A DNA stretch of 57,361 nucleotides from Candidatus Azambacteria bacterium (GTDB lineage Bacteria; Patescibacteriota; Minisyncoccia; UBA10092), in assembly GCA_003455995.1 (NCBI GenBank), contig DMPO01000003.1, positions 37,430 through 94,790 on the forward strand, given 5' to 3'. A program made the position numbers and the translations under genes. The notes beneath the pieces are model-generated. The model saw only the letters and a list, made by a program, of their open reading frames with translations, was not told the DNA's origin and made no database searches. Shown here piece after piece: positions 25,046-34,590 of this stretch (its first letter is position 1; every line of letters begins with the position of its first letter).

Positions 25046-27301
25046 ATGGAAAGTTTTTTTATAAAAAATAAAAAATATTTTGTTTTTGTTCTCGCCGCCG
25101 CGGTTGTTTTTAATTTTATGTTTCTGCCGATCGCCGCTTGGGCGCAAGACATCACCGGCGACAGCGCCGCCACGCCCCCCGGTCAGACAACCGCCGCTAA
25201 AGACGATTCCAACGCGGGCGGCGTTGTCGGCTGGTTGGCCGGCAAAGCCGTTCTTTTTACTTCCAGCGTCATTAGCACGGTTCTCGGCGCCATTCTTGGA
25301 GTAATCCTTTTTATTGAAGCACAAATAATTGATTATATGCTCTCGCCGAATAATTTTTCTTTTACCGGTTCGCCGGTAGTCACTCTGGGATGGGGCATTA
25401 CCCGCGACCTTTCCAATATGTTCCTCATTCTGATTCTGTTGGTTATCGCTTTCGCCACGGTTTTGAAAATCCAGTCCTACGCGATAAAACAACTCTGGTG
25501 GAAAGTGGTCGCTGTCGCGCTATTGATAAACTTCAGTTTGGTGTTCGCCGGCGTCATCATTGATTTCGCGCAGGTGATGACTAATTTTTTCTTAAAACAG
25601 GCGCTGGGCGGAGACACTAGTATGGGCGCCGCAGGAACCATCACCACTCGATTAGCATCAAGCATGCAGATTCTTAATTTCTACAACCCCGCAAAACCGG
25701 ACGGCGCGCTCGCCGGCATCGGCCAATTCGGCGCCAGCGCCATAGCCGCGGTCATTGGCATTATTTTAACTTTGGTCGGACTCGTCATTACCGTTTTCGT
25801 TTTCGGCGCCACCGCCGTATTTTTGGTCGTCAGAATTATCTATATTTGGTTCTTGTTAATCGTCATCCCTATTGTCTGCATCTTCTGGATTCTGCCGGCG
25901 ACCAGCGGATATTTCAGCAAATGGTGGAGTACTTTTTTCAATTGGACCTTTTTTGCCCCCGCTTATATGTTCATGATTTATCTTTCTCTTTCGCTTTTTG
26001 ACACGCAAGGCAAGCTCAATCCCAAGGCCTTTTGGGCATTTTCAGGTCCCGGTTGGGACATTGCCCCGCCAGGATTGTCCCAAGTTGGAATGCCGTCGGC
26101 AATTTTCCAGTGGATTCTGGTCATCGCCATGATGTTCGGCTCCCTCATCGTCGCCAAATCGTTTGGAGTAATGTTTGCGGGAGCGTCCGAAAAAATGCTT
26201 ACCGGCTGGGGCGATTCCGCCAAGAACTGGACGGGGAGGCAGTTGAGAAGAGGATATGTGAAAGGCACCAAGCCGGAAACCCCTACGCCTCCGCCGGCCG
26301 GCGCGGGATTAAGGCAACGCATGGGTTATCGCTTCAGACAAGCGGGGGCGGCCATCGGCAAGGGAGCCCTTGCGATTCCCGGGCTTAGAGAAAAACAACT
26401 TAGATATATGACTCAAGAAAACGCGGCCTATAAAGCCACTTATGATAAATATAAGGGCTTGAGCCCGGCGTTATTAGAACAGGTGGAAAGCGGGATACTT
26501 GACCCCAGAGCAAGATTAGCCATCCAGCAATTACAGATGGAGAAAGATGTGTTAAAACCTGGAGCCGCCGGGGCACTAAATCTTCTCGATAAAGCACATG
26601 GATACGGCCAAGAAGCTGAATTCTTGAAAATAATAACCGAAAAACTCGGCAAAAATGGCTGGAAGTCGAAGCCAGATGAGGGCGGTTTTGATGCGGGAGT
26701 AATAGCGCAACTGCTCGATCGCGCGGAAAGATACGCCCCCGCCTTGGAACAAAACCTTTTAAAACAAATGGCTGAAGAAATGAAAAAGGACTTTACGGGA
26801 GCCAATGGTTATGATGACAATGCCCGCAAGAATTTAATCAGAAGATCGCAAAAATTCGGAAAAGAACAGGATTTCCTAAAATTTTTCCCCAACCTTGCTC
26901 CGGCAATAGGCAAAAAAGTTAACGAGACCGTGGCCAAAATAGAAAACGCGGCCGATATTTATGAAGACCAGCTTGTCGCCGATGTTGTTAAAGAATTGAG
27001 CCCAGATCAACTTAAAAGTATAGCAAGAAAGGGCGGCGATGATAAAGTTAGAAAAGTGAGAGATGTTATTGAAGAGGAATATAAGAACATACATCCAACC
27101 ATTAAAAATAAAATTCAAAACGAAATTTTGAATAAAAACATGGAAGTTACCGAAACTGATGCTATGGGGAAAAGAATTACCAAACAAGTTACTATCACAA
27201 AAGAAATGCGAAATCATGCATTGGGAGAACTCGCGCCGGATTTACAAAAAATTGCCCGCGCCAAACACACTATGAAATTGCCGATATGGGATATTTCTTA
27301 A
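25046..27301 (+). CDS. Polytopic membrane protein with a long hydrophilic C-terminus (VirB6/TrbL-like by architecture and position)
   Basis: Signal peptide, then at least 6 hydrophobic helices, then about 330 aa of charged tail. The family assignment is inferred, not matched. Confidence 0.45.
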   Translation: MESFFIKNKKYFVFVLAAAVVFNFMFLPIAAWAQDITGDSAATPPGQTTAAKDDSNAGGVVGWLAGKAVLFTSSVISTVLGAILGVILFIEAQIIDYMLSPNNFSFTGSPVVTLGWGITRDLSNMFLILILLVIAFATVLKIQSYAIKQLWWKVVAVALLINFSLVFAGVIIDFAQVMTNFFLKQALGGDTSMGAAGTITTRLASSMQILNFYNPAKPDGALAGIGQFGASAIAAVIGIILTLVGLVITVFVFGATAVFLVVRIIYIWFLLIVIPIVCIFWILPATSGYFSKWWSTFFNWTFFAPAYMFMIYLSLSLFDTQGKLNPKAFWAFSGPGWDIAPPGLSQVGMPSAIFQWILVIAMMFGSLIVAKSFGVMFAGASEKMLTGWGDSAKNWTGRQLRRGYVKGTKPETPTPPPAGAGLRQRMGYRFRQAGAAIGKGALAIPGLREKQLRYMTQENAAYKATYDKYKGLSPALLEQVESGILDPRARLAIQQLQMEKDVLKPGAAGALNLLDKAHGYGQEAEFLKIITEKLGKNGWKSKPDEGGFDAGVIAQLLDRAERYAPALEQNLLKQMAEEMKKDFTGANGYDDNARKNLIRRSQKFGKEQDFLKFFPNLAPAIGKKVNETVAKIENAADIYEDQLVADVVKELSPDQLKSIARKGGDDKVRKVRDVIEEEYKNIHPTIKNKIQNEILNKNMEVTETDAMGKRITKQVTITKEMRNHALGELAPDLQKIARAKHTMKLPIWDIS

Positions 27302-27319
27302 ATTTTTCAAAAAAATAAA

Positions 27320-28159
27320 ATGTCTGAATTAACAAGAGAAGAAAAATTAAAAATGATTGAAAAACTGCCGCCGCGCTTGCAGGAGTTTTTTTATTCCGAA
27401 GATGCCGGAGCAACTTTATTTTACTTTGGGAGAAAATATAATCTTCCGGATGAAAAAGTTCATTTACTTTCGAAACTGGCGGGCGATGTTGTTTTGAAAA
27501 TCGTTCCCGCAACTTCTTTGGTGCAAGAGATAAATTCAAAAATTTTACCCGATGTTCAAGCGGCAATGAATTTGGCTCAAGAATTATACACCGAATTATT
27601 GGCCCCCATTCTGTCTCCACAAGCGGCACCGGCCGCTACCGCGACTCAACCAAAAACCGCCCCATCGCCGGTGGCGCCTTCGGCGGCGGTTGACCGCTAC
27701 CGTGAATCAATACCTTCGCGGGTGGTTAATTTGAGAAAACCAGCGCCACCTATAGCAGCGCCACAACCGAAAATTGAGACTCCACTTCAACCGGTTATAT
27801 CTAAACCAGTAACGCCTCCGGCACCAATAATTAAACCCACCCCGCCAGTTGCCAAGCCCGCCCCCGCGACGCCAGCGCCACAACCGCCGAAACCATCGTT
27901 TTATTTCGCGCCGTTAAAAAAACCAACACCGCCGCCTATGGCGGAAAAACCAATTTTCAAACTTCCGCTTATTGAAGCGTCTCCTCATGAAATATTGGCA
28001 AAGAAACTGGAACCTATTGTCCCCAATGGACCAAGTCCGATTCAACAAAAGGAAACATCGGCACCGGGGCGACAATTCATTCTCCGTCCGCCGGGGATGC
28101 CGCCAACCGAACTTCCTCATGACATTTTGGATTTAAGAAAAGATAAAGGAGAATTTTAA
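27320..28159 (+). CDS. Proline-rich hypothetical protein
   Basis: 279 aa; the central approximately 140 residues are P/A/T-rich. Confidence 0.5.
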   Translation: MSELTREEKLKMIEKLPPRLQEFFYSEDAGATLFYFGRKYNLPDEKVHLLSKLAGDVVLKIVPATSLVQEINSKILPDVQAAMNLAQELYTELLAPILSPQAAPAATATQPKTAPSPVAPSAAVDRYRESIPSRVVNLRKPAPPIAAPQPKIETPLQPVISKPVTPPAPIIKPTPPVAKPAPATPAPQPPKPSFYFAPLKKPTPPPMAEKPIFKLPLIEASPHEILAKKLEPIVPNGPSPIQQKETSAPGRQFILRPPGMPPTELPHDILDLRKDKGEF

Positions 28160-28584
28160 TGACCCAGTATCAAGTGCCGCAATTCATTGATATGGAAAGC
28201 AGGATTATCGGGCCATTGACGCTCAAACAATTCTTGTATTTGGCCATGGCCGGAGCGATTCTTTTCGTCCTTTGGTTTCTGTTGATCCCCGCCATCTGGA
28301 TGGTTATCGCCGTTCCCGTCGCCGCCATAGCCGCAACCTTCGCGTTTTTGAAAATAAACGATCGGCCGTTTGTCTATTTCTTCCTTTCGCTGTTAAAATA
28401 CTTTGGTAAGCCGAAACTTTATATTTTTTCTCCAATGCCACCGGAAACCAAACAAGAAATCGCGCCAAAAAAAGAAGAACCGGCGATTCTGGAGTCGGTA
28501 GAAAATAAACTGACGCCGTTAAAATTAAAAGAACTGGCGACGATATTAGACACGGGCATGGAAAGGACAGACGAACAACCATAA
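28159..28584 (+). CDS. PrgI-like (VirB3-like) small membrane protein
   Basis: MTQYQVPQFIDMESRIIGPLTLKQFLYLAMAGAILFVLWF... followed by a second TM helix. This is the typical PrgI-family N-terminus. Confidence 0.55.
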   Translation: MTQYQVPQFIDMESRIIGPLTLKQFLYLAMAGAILFVLWFLLIPAIWMVIAVPVAAIAATFAFLKINDRPFVYFFLSLLKYFGKPKLYIFSPMPPETKQEIAPKKEEPAILESVENKLTPLKLKELATILDTGMERTDEQP

Positions 28585-28585
28585 A

Positions 28586-29239
28586 ATGACCGACGCGACA
28601 AAAACAATTAAAGGCCCCGCCACGCAGGAGTTTATCGATATAGATAAAATCCGCGACGGGATAGTGATTATGAAAAACGGAGGGTTGCGCATGGTTTTGC
28701 TATGCGGATCCAGAAATTTGGAACTGGAATCCATCGACAGCCAAAGCGCCATCATCGGCGCCTACGCCGATTTTATCAATTCCTTCGAATGGCCGCTGCA
28801 AATTTTAATTCACTCAAGAAAAATGGATATCAAGCCCTATTTGGCGTCGCTGGAGGAGCGGTTGAAAGTCCAGGAAAATGAACTGCTGAAAATCCAAACC
28901 GCCGAGTATATCGATTTTATGAAAAGTTTTGTGACGCTTTCCGAAATTATGGTGAAAAGATTTTATGTCGTCGTCCCTTTCGACCTCATTGAGTCGTCCA
29001 AAGAGGGGCCGTTGGACAAAATAGGTTCTTTATTCAGGCCGATGTCAAAAAAACCCGAGGAAATGGACGACGAGAAATTCCGAGGATATCAAACTCAATT
29101 ATTGCAGCGGACGGAGCATACTATTTTAACGCTGGCGCATGTCGGCATCAGGTCGGCCGCGCTCCAAACCGAGGAACTGATAGAATTATTTTACAATCTT
29201 TACAACCCCGAAGAACATGAATCAAACATCTCAAAATAA
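28586..29239 (+). CDS. VirB4-N-terminal-like protein
   Basis: 217 aa. Overlaps the VirB4-like ATPase ORF by 23 nt in another frame. The combined length (about 795 aa) equals a typical VirB4. Confidence 0.45.
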   Translation: MTDATKTIKGPATQEFIDIDKIRDGIVIMKNGGLRMVLLCGSRNLELESIDSQSAIIGAYADFINSFEWPLQILIHSRKMDIKPYLASLEERLKVQENELLKIQTAEYIDFMKSFVTLSEIMVKRFYVVVPFDLIESSKEGPLDKIGSLFRPMSKKPEEMDDEKFRGYQTQLLQRTEHTILTLAHVGIRSAALQTEELIELFYNLYNPEEHESNISK

Positions 29240-30953
29240 CGCCGCCGCCGCTTTGCGCGATATTTTGGCGCCGGCGGCGCTGGAAATCGCTTCCGGTTTT
29301 ATTCGCATCAACAAAGTGCTGGCGCGGACATTTTTTGTTTTTAATTACCCGAGATTTCTGAACACCAACTGGTTTTCGGATGTCATCAATCTGGACCGGA
29401 CTATGGATATCAGTTTTTTCGTGCACCCCATAGACACCGGCGCCGCCCTTAAAGACCTGCGAAGAAAAGTGGCCGAAGTGGAATCGGAAATTTCCATGCG
29501 CGAAGAAAAAGGAATGGTGCGCGACCCGATGTTGGAAACGGCCTATCAGGATCTGGAGGACTTGCGGGACAAGCTTCAGCAGTCAAGGGAAAGATTTTTC
29601 AAGTTCGGTCTCTATATCACCGTTTACGGCAATTCCGCGGAAGAATTGGATAAAATAGAAACGGCGCTCCGCTCCATTCTGGAAGCCAAGCTGGTTTACG
29701 GCAAGTCGGCGATTTATCAGCAGGATGTCGGCTTTAAATCAACCCTTCCTTTGGCCAACGACATGCTTGCTATAAACACAGCAATGAATTCCAGCCCCAT
29801 CGCGGCGACCTTTCCTTTCGTGTCATCGGACCTGACATCCGACAATGGCATTCTCTACGGCATCAACCGGCATAATAATTCTTTAATACTTTTTGACCGC
29901 TTCTCGCTGGAAAACGCCAATACCGTTATTTTCGGCAAGTCCGGCGGCGGCAAATCATACGCCGCCAAGCTGGAAATTTTGAGATCTTTAATGTTCGGCA
30001 CCGAAGTAATAATCATCGATCCGGAAAACGAATATCAATATCTTGCCGAAACCATCGGCGGCGCTTTCTTCAAAATTTCGCTGACATCGGACCATCACAT
30101 TAATCCCTTTGACTTGTCCGCGCCAAGGGAAGATGAAAGCGCCGCCGATCTTTTGAGATCCAACATCATTAACTTGGTCGGACTGGTGAGAATCATGCTC
30201 GGCGGGCTGACTCCGGAAGAGGACGCCATCATCGATACCGCCATCACCCAGACCTACGCCAGCCGCGACACCACTCCGACCATGGCCGATCTGAAAACCG
30301 TTTTGGAAAATATGGCGGGCGCGGAATCGCTGTCTCGGCGGCTGGAAAAATATGTCAGCGGCTCCTATTCAGGATTTTTGAATAATCCCACCAATCTTGA
30401 AATAAAAAATAAACTGGTGGTTTTCAGCATCAGGGATATGGAAGAAGAATTGCGGCCGATCGCCATGTATATGATTCTGCATTTCATCTGGAATCTGGTT
30501 CGCGCGGAATTAAAAAAGCGGATTCTAATGGTTGATGAAGCGTGGTTATTGTTAAAATATGAAGACGGCGCGTCGTTTATGTTCGGCATCGCCAAAAGAG
30601 CCAGAAAATATTTCCTGGGAGTCACCACTATCACGCAGGATGTCAGCGACTTTTTGCAATCCGCCTACGGCCGGCCGATTCTGACCAATTCATCGTTGCA
30701 ATTTCTGTTCAAGCAGTCGCCGGCCAATATAGACACGATTCAAAAAATATTTAACTTAACCGACGAGGAAAAGTTTTTATTGCTGGAATCGGAAGTGGGC
30801 GAGGGTTTGTTTTTCGCCGGCGCCAAACATGTCGCCATTAAAGTCATCGCTTCCTATACCGAAGACCAGATCATCACTTCCGACCCGAGCCAAATTCTGC
30901 AAATCGAGCAGGCGAAAAAAGAACTGGAACGAGCCGAAAAAATGGCCCCTTAA
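29217..30953 (+). CDS. VirB4/TraE-like type IV secretion ATPase
   Basis: Walker A IFGKSGGGKSYAAK and Walker B RILMVDEAW, with GVTTITQD downstream. Confidence 0.75.
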   Translation: MNQTSQNNAAAALRDILAPAALEIASGFIRINKVLARTFFVFNYPRFLNTNWFSDVINLDRTMDISFFVHPIDTGAALKDLRRKVAEVESEISMREEKGMVRDPMLETAYQDLEDLRDKLQQSRERFFKFGLYITVYGNSAEELDKIETALRSILEAKLVYGKSAIYQQDVGFKSTLPLANDMLAINTAMNSSPIAATFPFVSSDLTSDNGILYGINRHNNSLILFDRFSLENANTVIFGKSGGGKSYAAKLEILRSLMFGTEVIIIDPENEYQYLAETIGGAFFKISLTSDHHINPFDLSAPREDESAADLLRSNIINLVGLVRIMLGGLTPEEDAIIDTAITQTYASRDTTPTMADLKTVLENMAGAESLSRRLEKYVSGSYSGFLNNPTNLEIKNKLVVFSIRDMEEELRPIAMYMILHFIWNLVRAELKKRILMVDEAWLLLKYEDGASFMFGIAKRARKYFLGVTTITQDVSDFLQSAYGRPILTNSSLQFLFKQSPANIDTIQKIFNLTDEEKFLLLESEVGEGLFFAGAKHVAIKVIASYTEDQIITSDPSQILQIEQAKKELERAEKMAP

Positions 30954-30959
30954 AAACAT

Positions 30960-31409
30960 ATGGCATTTACGGAAAAATTAAAAATCAACTTAAATGAAAG
31001 GTCTCAAGAAATATCCTCAGAAACCAAAGATGGGGATGAAAAACCACCCATTGACGGAATGGATTGGTTATTGCTTTTTATGGCCGCCGGTTATATTGAT
31101 ATTCTTTTTATTATTTTAACCATTATCGCTTTCATTCCTTTTATCGGATTTGTCGCCTATAGCGTCTTGGATCCAGTTTTAAATCTCACCACAACTTTTA
31201 TTTTCTGGTTTTATCTCATATCCAAGGGACGGGGGGAATATTGGTGGCTGGCGTTCGGCGGCGGCTTGGCGGGATTAGTGCCCGTCGTCAATTGGTTTAG
31301 TTGGATTGTCTCGGTAATGGTTTTTTATGGCTTGGTGAAGGCGGAAAAAATCCCCTTGGCCGGCGAAGCGATTAAAGTGGCGGCGCAAGCGGCGTCAAAA
31401 ATAAAATAA
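30960..31409 (+). CDS. Integral membrane protein
   Basis: 149 aa, 3-4 TM helices. Confidence 0.5.
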   Translation: MAFTEKLKINLNERSQEISSETKDGDEKPPIDGMDWLLLFMAAGYIDILFIILTIIAFIPFIGFVAYSVLDPVLNLTTTFIFWFYLISKGRGEYWWLAFGGGLAGLVPVVNWFSWIVSVMVFYGLVKAEKIPLAGEAIKVAAQAASKIK

Positions 31410-31418
31410 AAAAACAAA

Positions 31419-32594
31419 GTGAAAAGACCAAATAAAAATGAATTTTCCGACGCTTATGAAGCCATTTTGGCGTGGTCTCCCGCGAAGCGGGAGCAAAATG
31501 AGCTTCATCGGACAATGAGTCTTCCGGTGGACGACGAATGTCGACGCCGGCGACCGAGCGCGCGAGGAAAATTATATTTTTGTTTGGTCGGTGCATTCAC
31601 TATTTGTTTCTCGTCATTTTTTACCGCCAGCGCGCAGTTTGGGTTGCCGGCGAATCAACTGCCGAATTTGAATATGAGACCGATTTTGACCATGACGGCC
31701 GAACCGACGACACCGTCGCCCAATTCAATTTTGAATATCACCGCCAATCTTTACGGAATTACCACCGTCAATAATTCTAATTTCACCTGGTTTGTAAATG
31801 ATATAAAGCAAAAAGATTCGTCTGGGCTTAATAAAAACACTTTCCTTTTGCGAACCGGCAATATCGGCACGATTTACAAGATTACCGTCAATATCGCGAC
31901 GCCCGGCGGAGACAGTTTGTCGGACTCGATGCTGTTTACCGTCAGTGATTTCGACTTGACTTGGAGCGCCTCTTCACGGGCGCCCGCCTCATATAAAGGA
32001 AAAATATTGCCCACCAAAAACTCCGCCGTTAAAATTATGGCGCTGCCGACGGTCTATCGGCCGGGAACCAAGGTCTTGGTTAGAACTGACAATTTAATTT
32101 TTAATTGGACCGTTGACGACAAATTTCAATCCGCCAAATCGGGCGCCGGCAAATCCAGTTTGGCTTTTACGATCCCCGATTTTGTCGGCGCCAATAAATC
32201 CGTTTTATTGAATATAAAAACAGTTGACGGCGCGGTTTCACTGAATAAAAGCGTTGAGATCCCCGTCGTCAGACCTCAAACCGTCATCCGCTGGGTCGAT
32301 CCCAAAACGGAAGCGCCTTATGGCGGCGCGTTGAAAAATTTATCCGTTAAACTCCCTGTGTCATTAAACTTCATCGCCCAGAATTATTTTTTCAACGCGC
32401 CGCCGGACGGCCTGCGGTGGCAGTGGTTTGTCAACGGAGAAGAGGCGGCCGCCGCCGGCGCCAAACCCTGGTTGGCCTCGCTGAATTTTCCAGACATCAA
32501 AACCGTTTTTTCCATTCAAATAAAAGCGGAGGCCAAAAATCCAGATTCCGATTTGGAAACGGCGCAAGCAACCGTTAATATTAATATAAAATGA
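31419..32594 (+). CDS. Secreted hypothetical protein; start uncertain because the first 55 or so codons lie in the repeat element
   Basis: A signal-peptide-like LVGAFTICFSSFFTASAQ begins right after the repeat. The only in-frame ATGs upstream lie inside the repeat. Confidence 0.5.
   Translation: MKRPNKNEFSDAYEAILAWSPAKREQNELHRTMSLPVDDECRRRRPSARGKLYFCLVGAFTICFSSFFTASAQFGLPANQLPNLNMRPILTMTAEPTTPSPNSILNITANLYGITTVNNSNFTWFVNDIKQKDSSGLNKNTFLLRTGNIGTIYKITVNIATPGGDSLSDSMLFTVSDFDLTWSASSRAPASYKGKILPTKNSAVKIMALPTVYRPGTKVLVRTDNLIFNWTVDDKFQSAKSGAGKSSLAFTIPDFVGANKSVLLNIKTVDGAVSLNKSVEIPVVRPQTVIRWVDPKTEAPYGGALKNLSVKLPVSLNFIAQNYFFNAPPDGLRWQWFVNGEEAAAAGAKPWLASLNFPDIKTVFSIQIKAEAKNPDSDLETAQATVNINIK
31430..31586 (+). 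mobile_element. MITE-like element, copy D (subfamily 2)
   Basis: Homologous to the reverse complement of 49301..49445 (for example cttatgaagccattttggc, gcaaaatgagcttcatcggaca, cgaccgagcgcgcgag), with an extra internal segment. A/T-rich inverted ends. Confidence 0.65.
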
Positions 32595-33181
32595 AAAAAA
32601 CCCTTTTAATTATCTTTTCAATAGCGATAATTTTTACAGCCCATGGTGCGGCGGCGCAAACGCGGCTTGACATGGCTCTGCCGGAAATAGCCGACATCGA
32701 CCCCGGCGCGGGCATCGCCTCGTTCATAAAATATATTTTTGTTTTCGGCCTGGGCGCCATCGCGCTCCTGGCGCTGGCGCAAATGATGATCGGCGGCATT
32801 GAATATCTGCTGGCGGCGGGCAATGTCGTCAAGCATGAAGACGCCGTGGATCGCATTCAGCAAGCGCTCATCGGCTTGGGAGTATTATTAGTTTCTTATC
32901 TGCTATTAAACACCATCAACCCCGATTTGGTAAATTTAAAAGAACCGTCGCTTAAGCCGATTTTATTTAAAGGCGGCACCACCAAAGATATAAACACTAA
33001 AGATTTTATAAAGATAGAAGAAGATAGAACTGCCACCGACGAGGCGTTAAAAAAAATATCATCGCAACCGGCCGGCACCAGAATAGATACGCCCTTGGGT
33101 TTTGTCCAAAAAATAAACAATGCTGGAGAAATTAGAATATGCAAATCATTGGATTGTACCTATAGCACTATTAAAAAATAA
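32591..33181 (+). CDS. Type IV secretion pilin-like protein (TrbC/VirB2-like)
   Basis: Signal peptide ...TAHGAAAQ, then two hydrophobic helices around MMIGGIEYLLAAGNVVKHEDAVDRIQQALIGLGVLLVSYLL. Confidence 0.55.
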   Translation: MKKTLLIIFSIAIIFTAHGAAAQTRLDMALPEIADIDPGAGIASFIKYIFVFGLGAIALLALAQMMIGGIEYLLAAGNVVKHEDAVDRIQQALIGLGVLLVSYLLLNTINPDLVNLKEPSLKPILFKGGTTKDINTKDFIKIEEDRTATDEALKKISSQPAGTRIDTPLGFVQKINNAGEIRICKSLDCTYSTIKK

Positions 33182-33183
33182 TA

Positions 33184-34068
33184 ATGTCCAAAAAAACTTT
33201 TTACATAATCTTAATAGTCGTCGCCGGAGCTCTAGTAATTGGAGGGATGATTTGGTTTTTCTTTTTCCGATCTGCAACACCGGCGGCAACGCCCGAAGGC
33301 CCGGGGTTTACCACTCCCGATCAAAAAAATTCTTTTGAATGGGCGCCTATCAGCGAAGGTCTGGTGGTTTCCGCCCATTTCGACGGCAATGATATTTTCT
33401 TTTCCGATTTTTCCGGCCAGTTCTGGCGTCTGGCGGATGGAGAGGCCAAACCATCGCCGATAACTCCGGCTGGCATCCCCAACCCCGCCAAAACCATACC
33501 ACCCGCGGTGAAAAATTTGCCACTTACCGATGTTGTTTTCAAATGGATTAAGCCAAAGCAAATTGCTGCCATTTCTAAACCGAGCGGTCTCGCGCCGGGC
33601 AGTTTATGGACTATAGACGCCGTCAGCGCGCGGTTAACCAAGATAATTGACGGCAAGTTCGGACTGGAAGCGTTGTTTGCTCCGAATGGAGATAATTTCG
33701 TCTATTCCTCCGTCGATCGGAGCGGTTTAAATCCCATTTTAACGGCGGTGAAAAACGGCATGGCAAAAAATATTGAAAATTTTTCCACCATAACGGATAA
33801 GTGCGCGTGGGCCAAGGACTCGGTAGTTTTATATTGCGCCGTTCCCACATCTTGGTCGGATGCAGCATTATTGCCGGACGATTATTACAAAAACGCGCTC
33901 ACCACCATGGATAATTTATGGTCGGTCAACACGGAAACCGGAGAAAAAAATATTCTTTTTCAGAATATTGGCGATATCAATAATTTGGATACGAATGCCG
34001 ACGACAGTGTTTTAATTTTCATCTCCCGCGACACCGGATTTTTGTATCGGCTAAAATTAACCCCCTAA
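33184..34068 (+). CDS. Membrane-anchored hypothetical protein
   Basis: 294 aa with an N-terminal TM helix. Confidence 0.5.
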   Translation: MSKKTFYIILIVVAGALVIGGMIWFFFFRSATPAATPEGPGFTTPDQKNSFEWAPISEGLVVSAHFDGNDIFFSDFSGQFWRLADGEAKPSPITPAGIPNPAKTIPPAVKNLPLTDVVFKWIKPKQIAAISKPSGLAPGSLWTIDAVSARLTKIIDGKFGLEALFAPNGDNFVYSSVDRSGLNPILTAVKNGMAKNIENFSTITDKCAWAKDSVVLYCAVPTSWSDAALLPDDYYKNALTTMDNLWSVNTETGEKNILFQNIGDINNLDTNADDSVLIFISRDTGFLYRLKLTP

Positions 34069-34125
34069 ATCCCCCTTATCAAGGGGATTTTACACCCGCC
34101 CTGATAAGGGAGGGTGAGGGTGGGT

Positions 34126-34590
34126 TTACTCTATATATTTCACCACGACGCGGCGCTGGACGCCTTCGCCGGCGCTTTCGGTTTTAATATCGGGATGCAC
34201 CGCCAGTTCGGTATGAATAATTCTTCTATTATATGCCGACATCGCCTCCAAAGCGACCGGCTGTTTGTAAAATCTGGCGCGGCGCGCCGCTTTTTTAGCT
34301 AATTCTCTCAACGCTTCGTCTTTGGAGCTTCGATAATTATTAATATCCAGACGCAACAGGGGCGCTTGCGCTATTTGTTTTTTTATCATCAGCCGCAAAA
34401 GCACCTCAAAAGCGGCAATGTTCTGGCCACCTTCACCAATGCAGGCGCTGGCATCCTCCGCGAAAATCGCGACATTTAAATGTTCGCTGCCAATTCTCTC
34501 AACACGCCGGACTTCACATCTTGTAATTTTAGCATGGGTGAAAAAATCACTAACAATATCTTTAATTTGGTTTAATTGATCCTCGGTCAT
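34126..34590 (-). CDS. jag: Jag/SpoIIIJ-associated KH-R3H RNA-binding protein
   Basis: R3H motif NRRIIHTELA. Located downstream of yidC. Confidence 0.8.
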   Translation of the reverse strand: MTEDQLNQIKDIVSDFFTHAKITRCEVRRVERIGSEHLNVAIFAEDASACIGEGGQNIAAFEVLLRLMIKKQIAQAPLLRLDINNYRSSKDEALRELAKKAARRARFYKQPVALEAMSAYNRRIIHTELAVHPDIKTESAGEGVQRRVVVKYIE

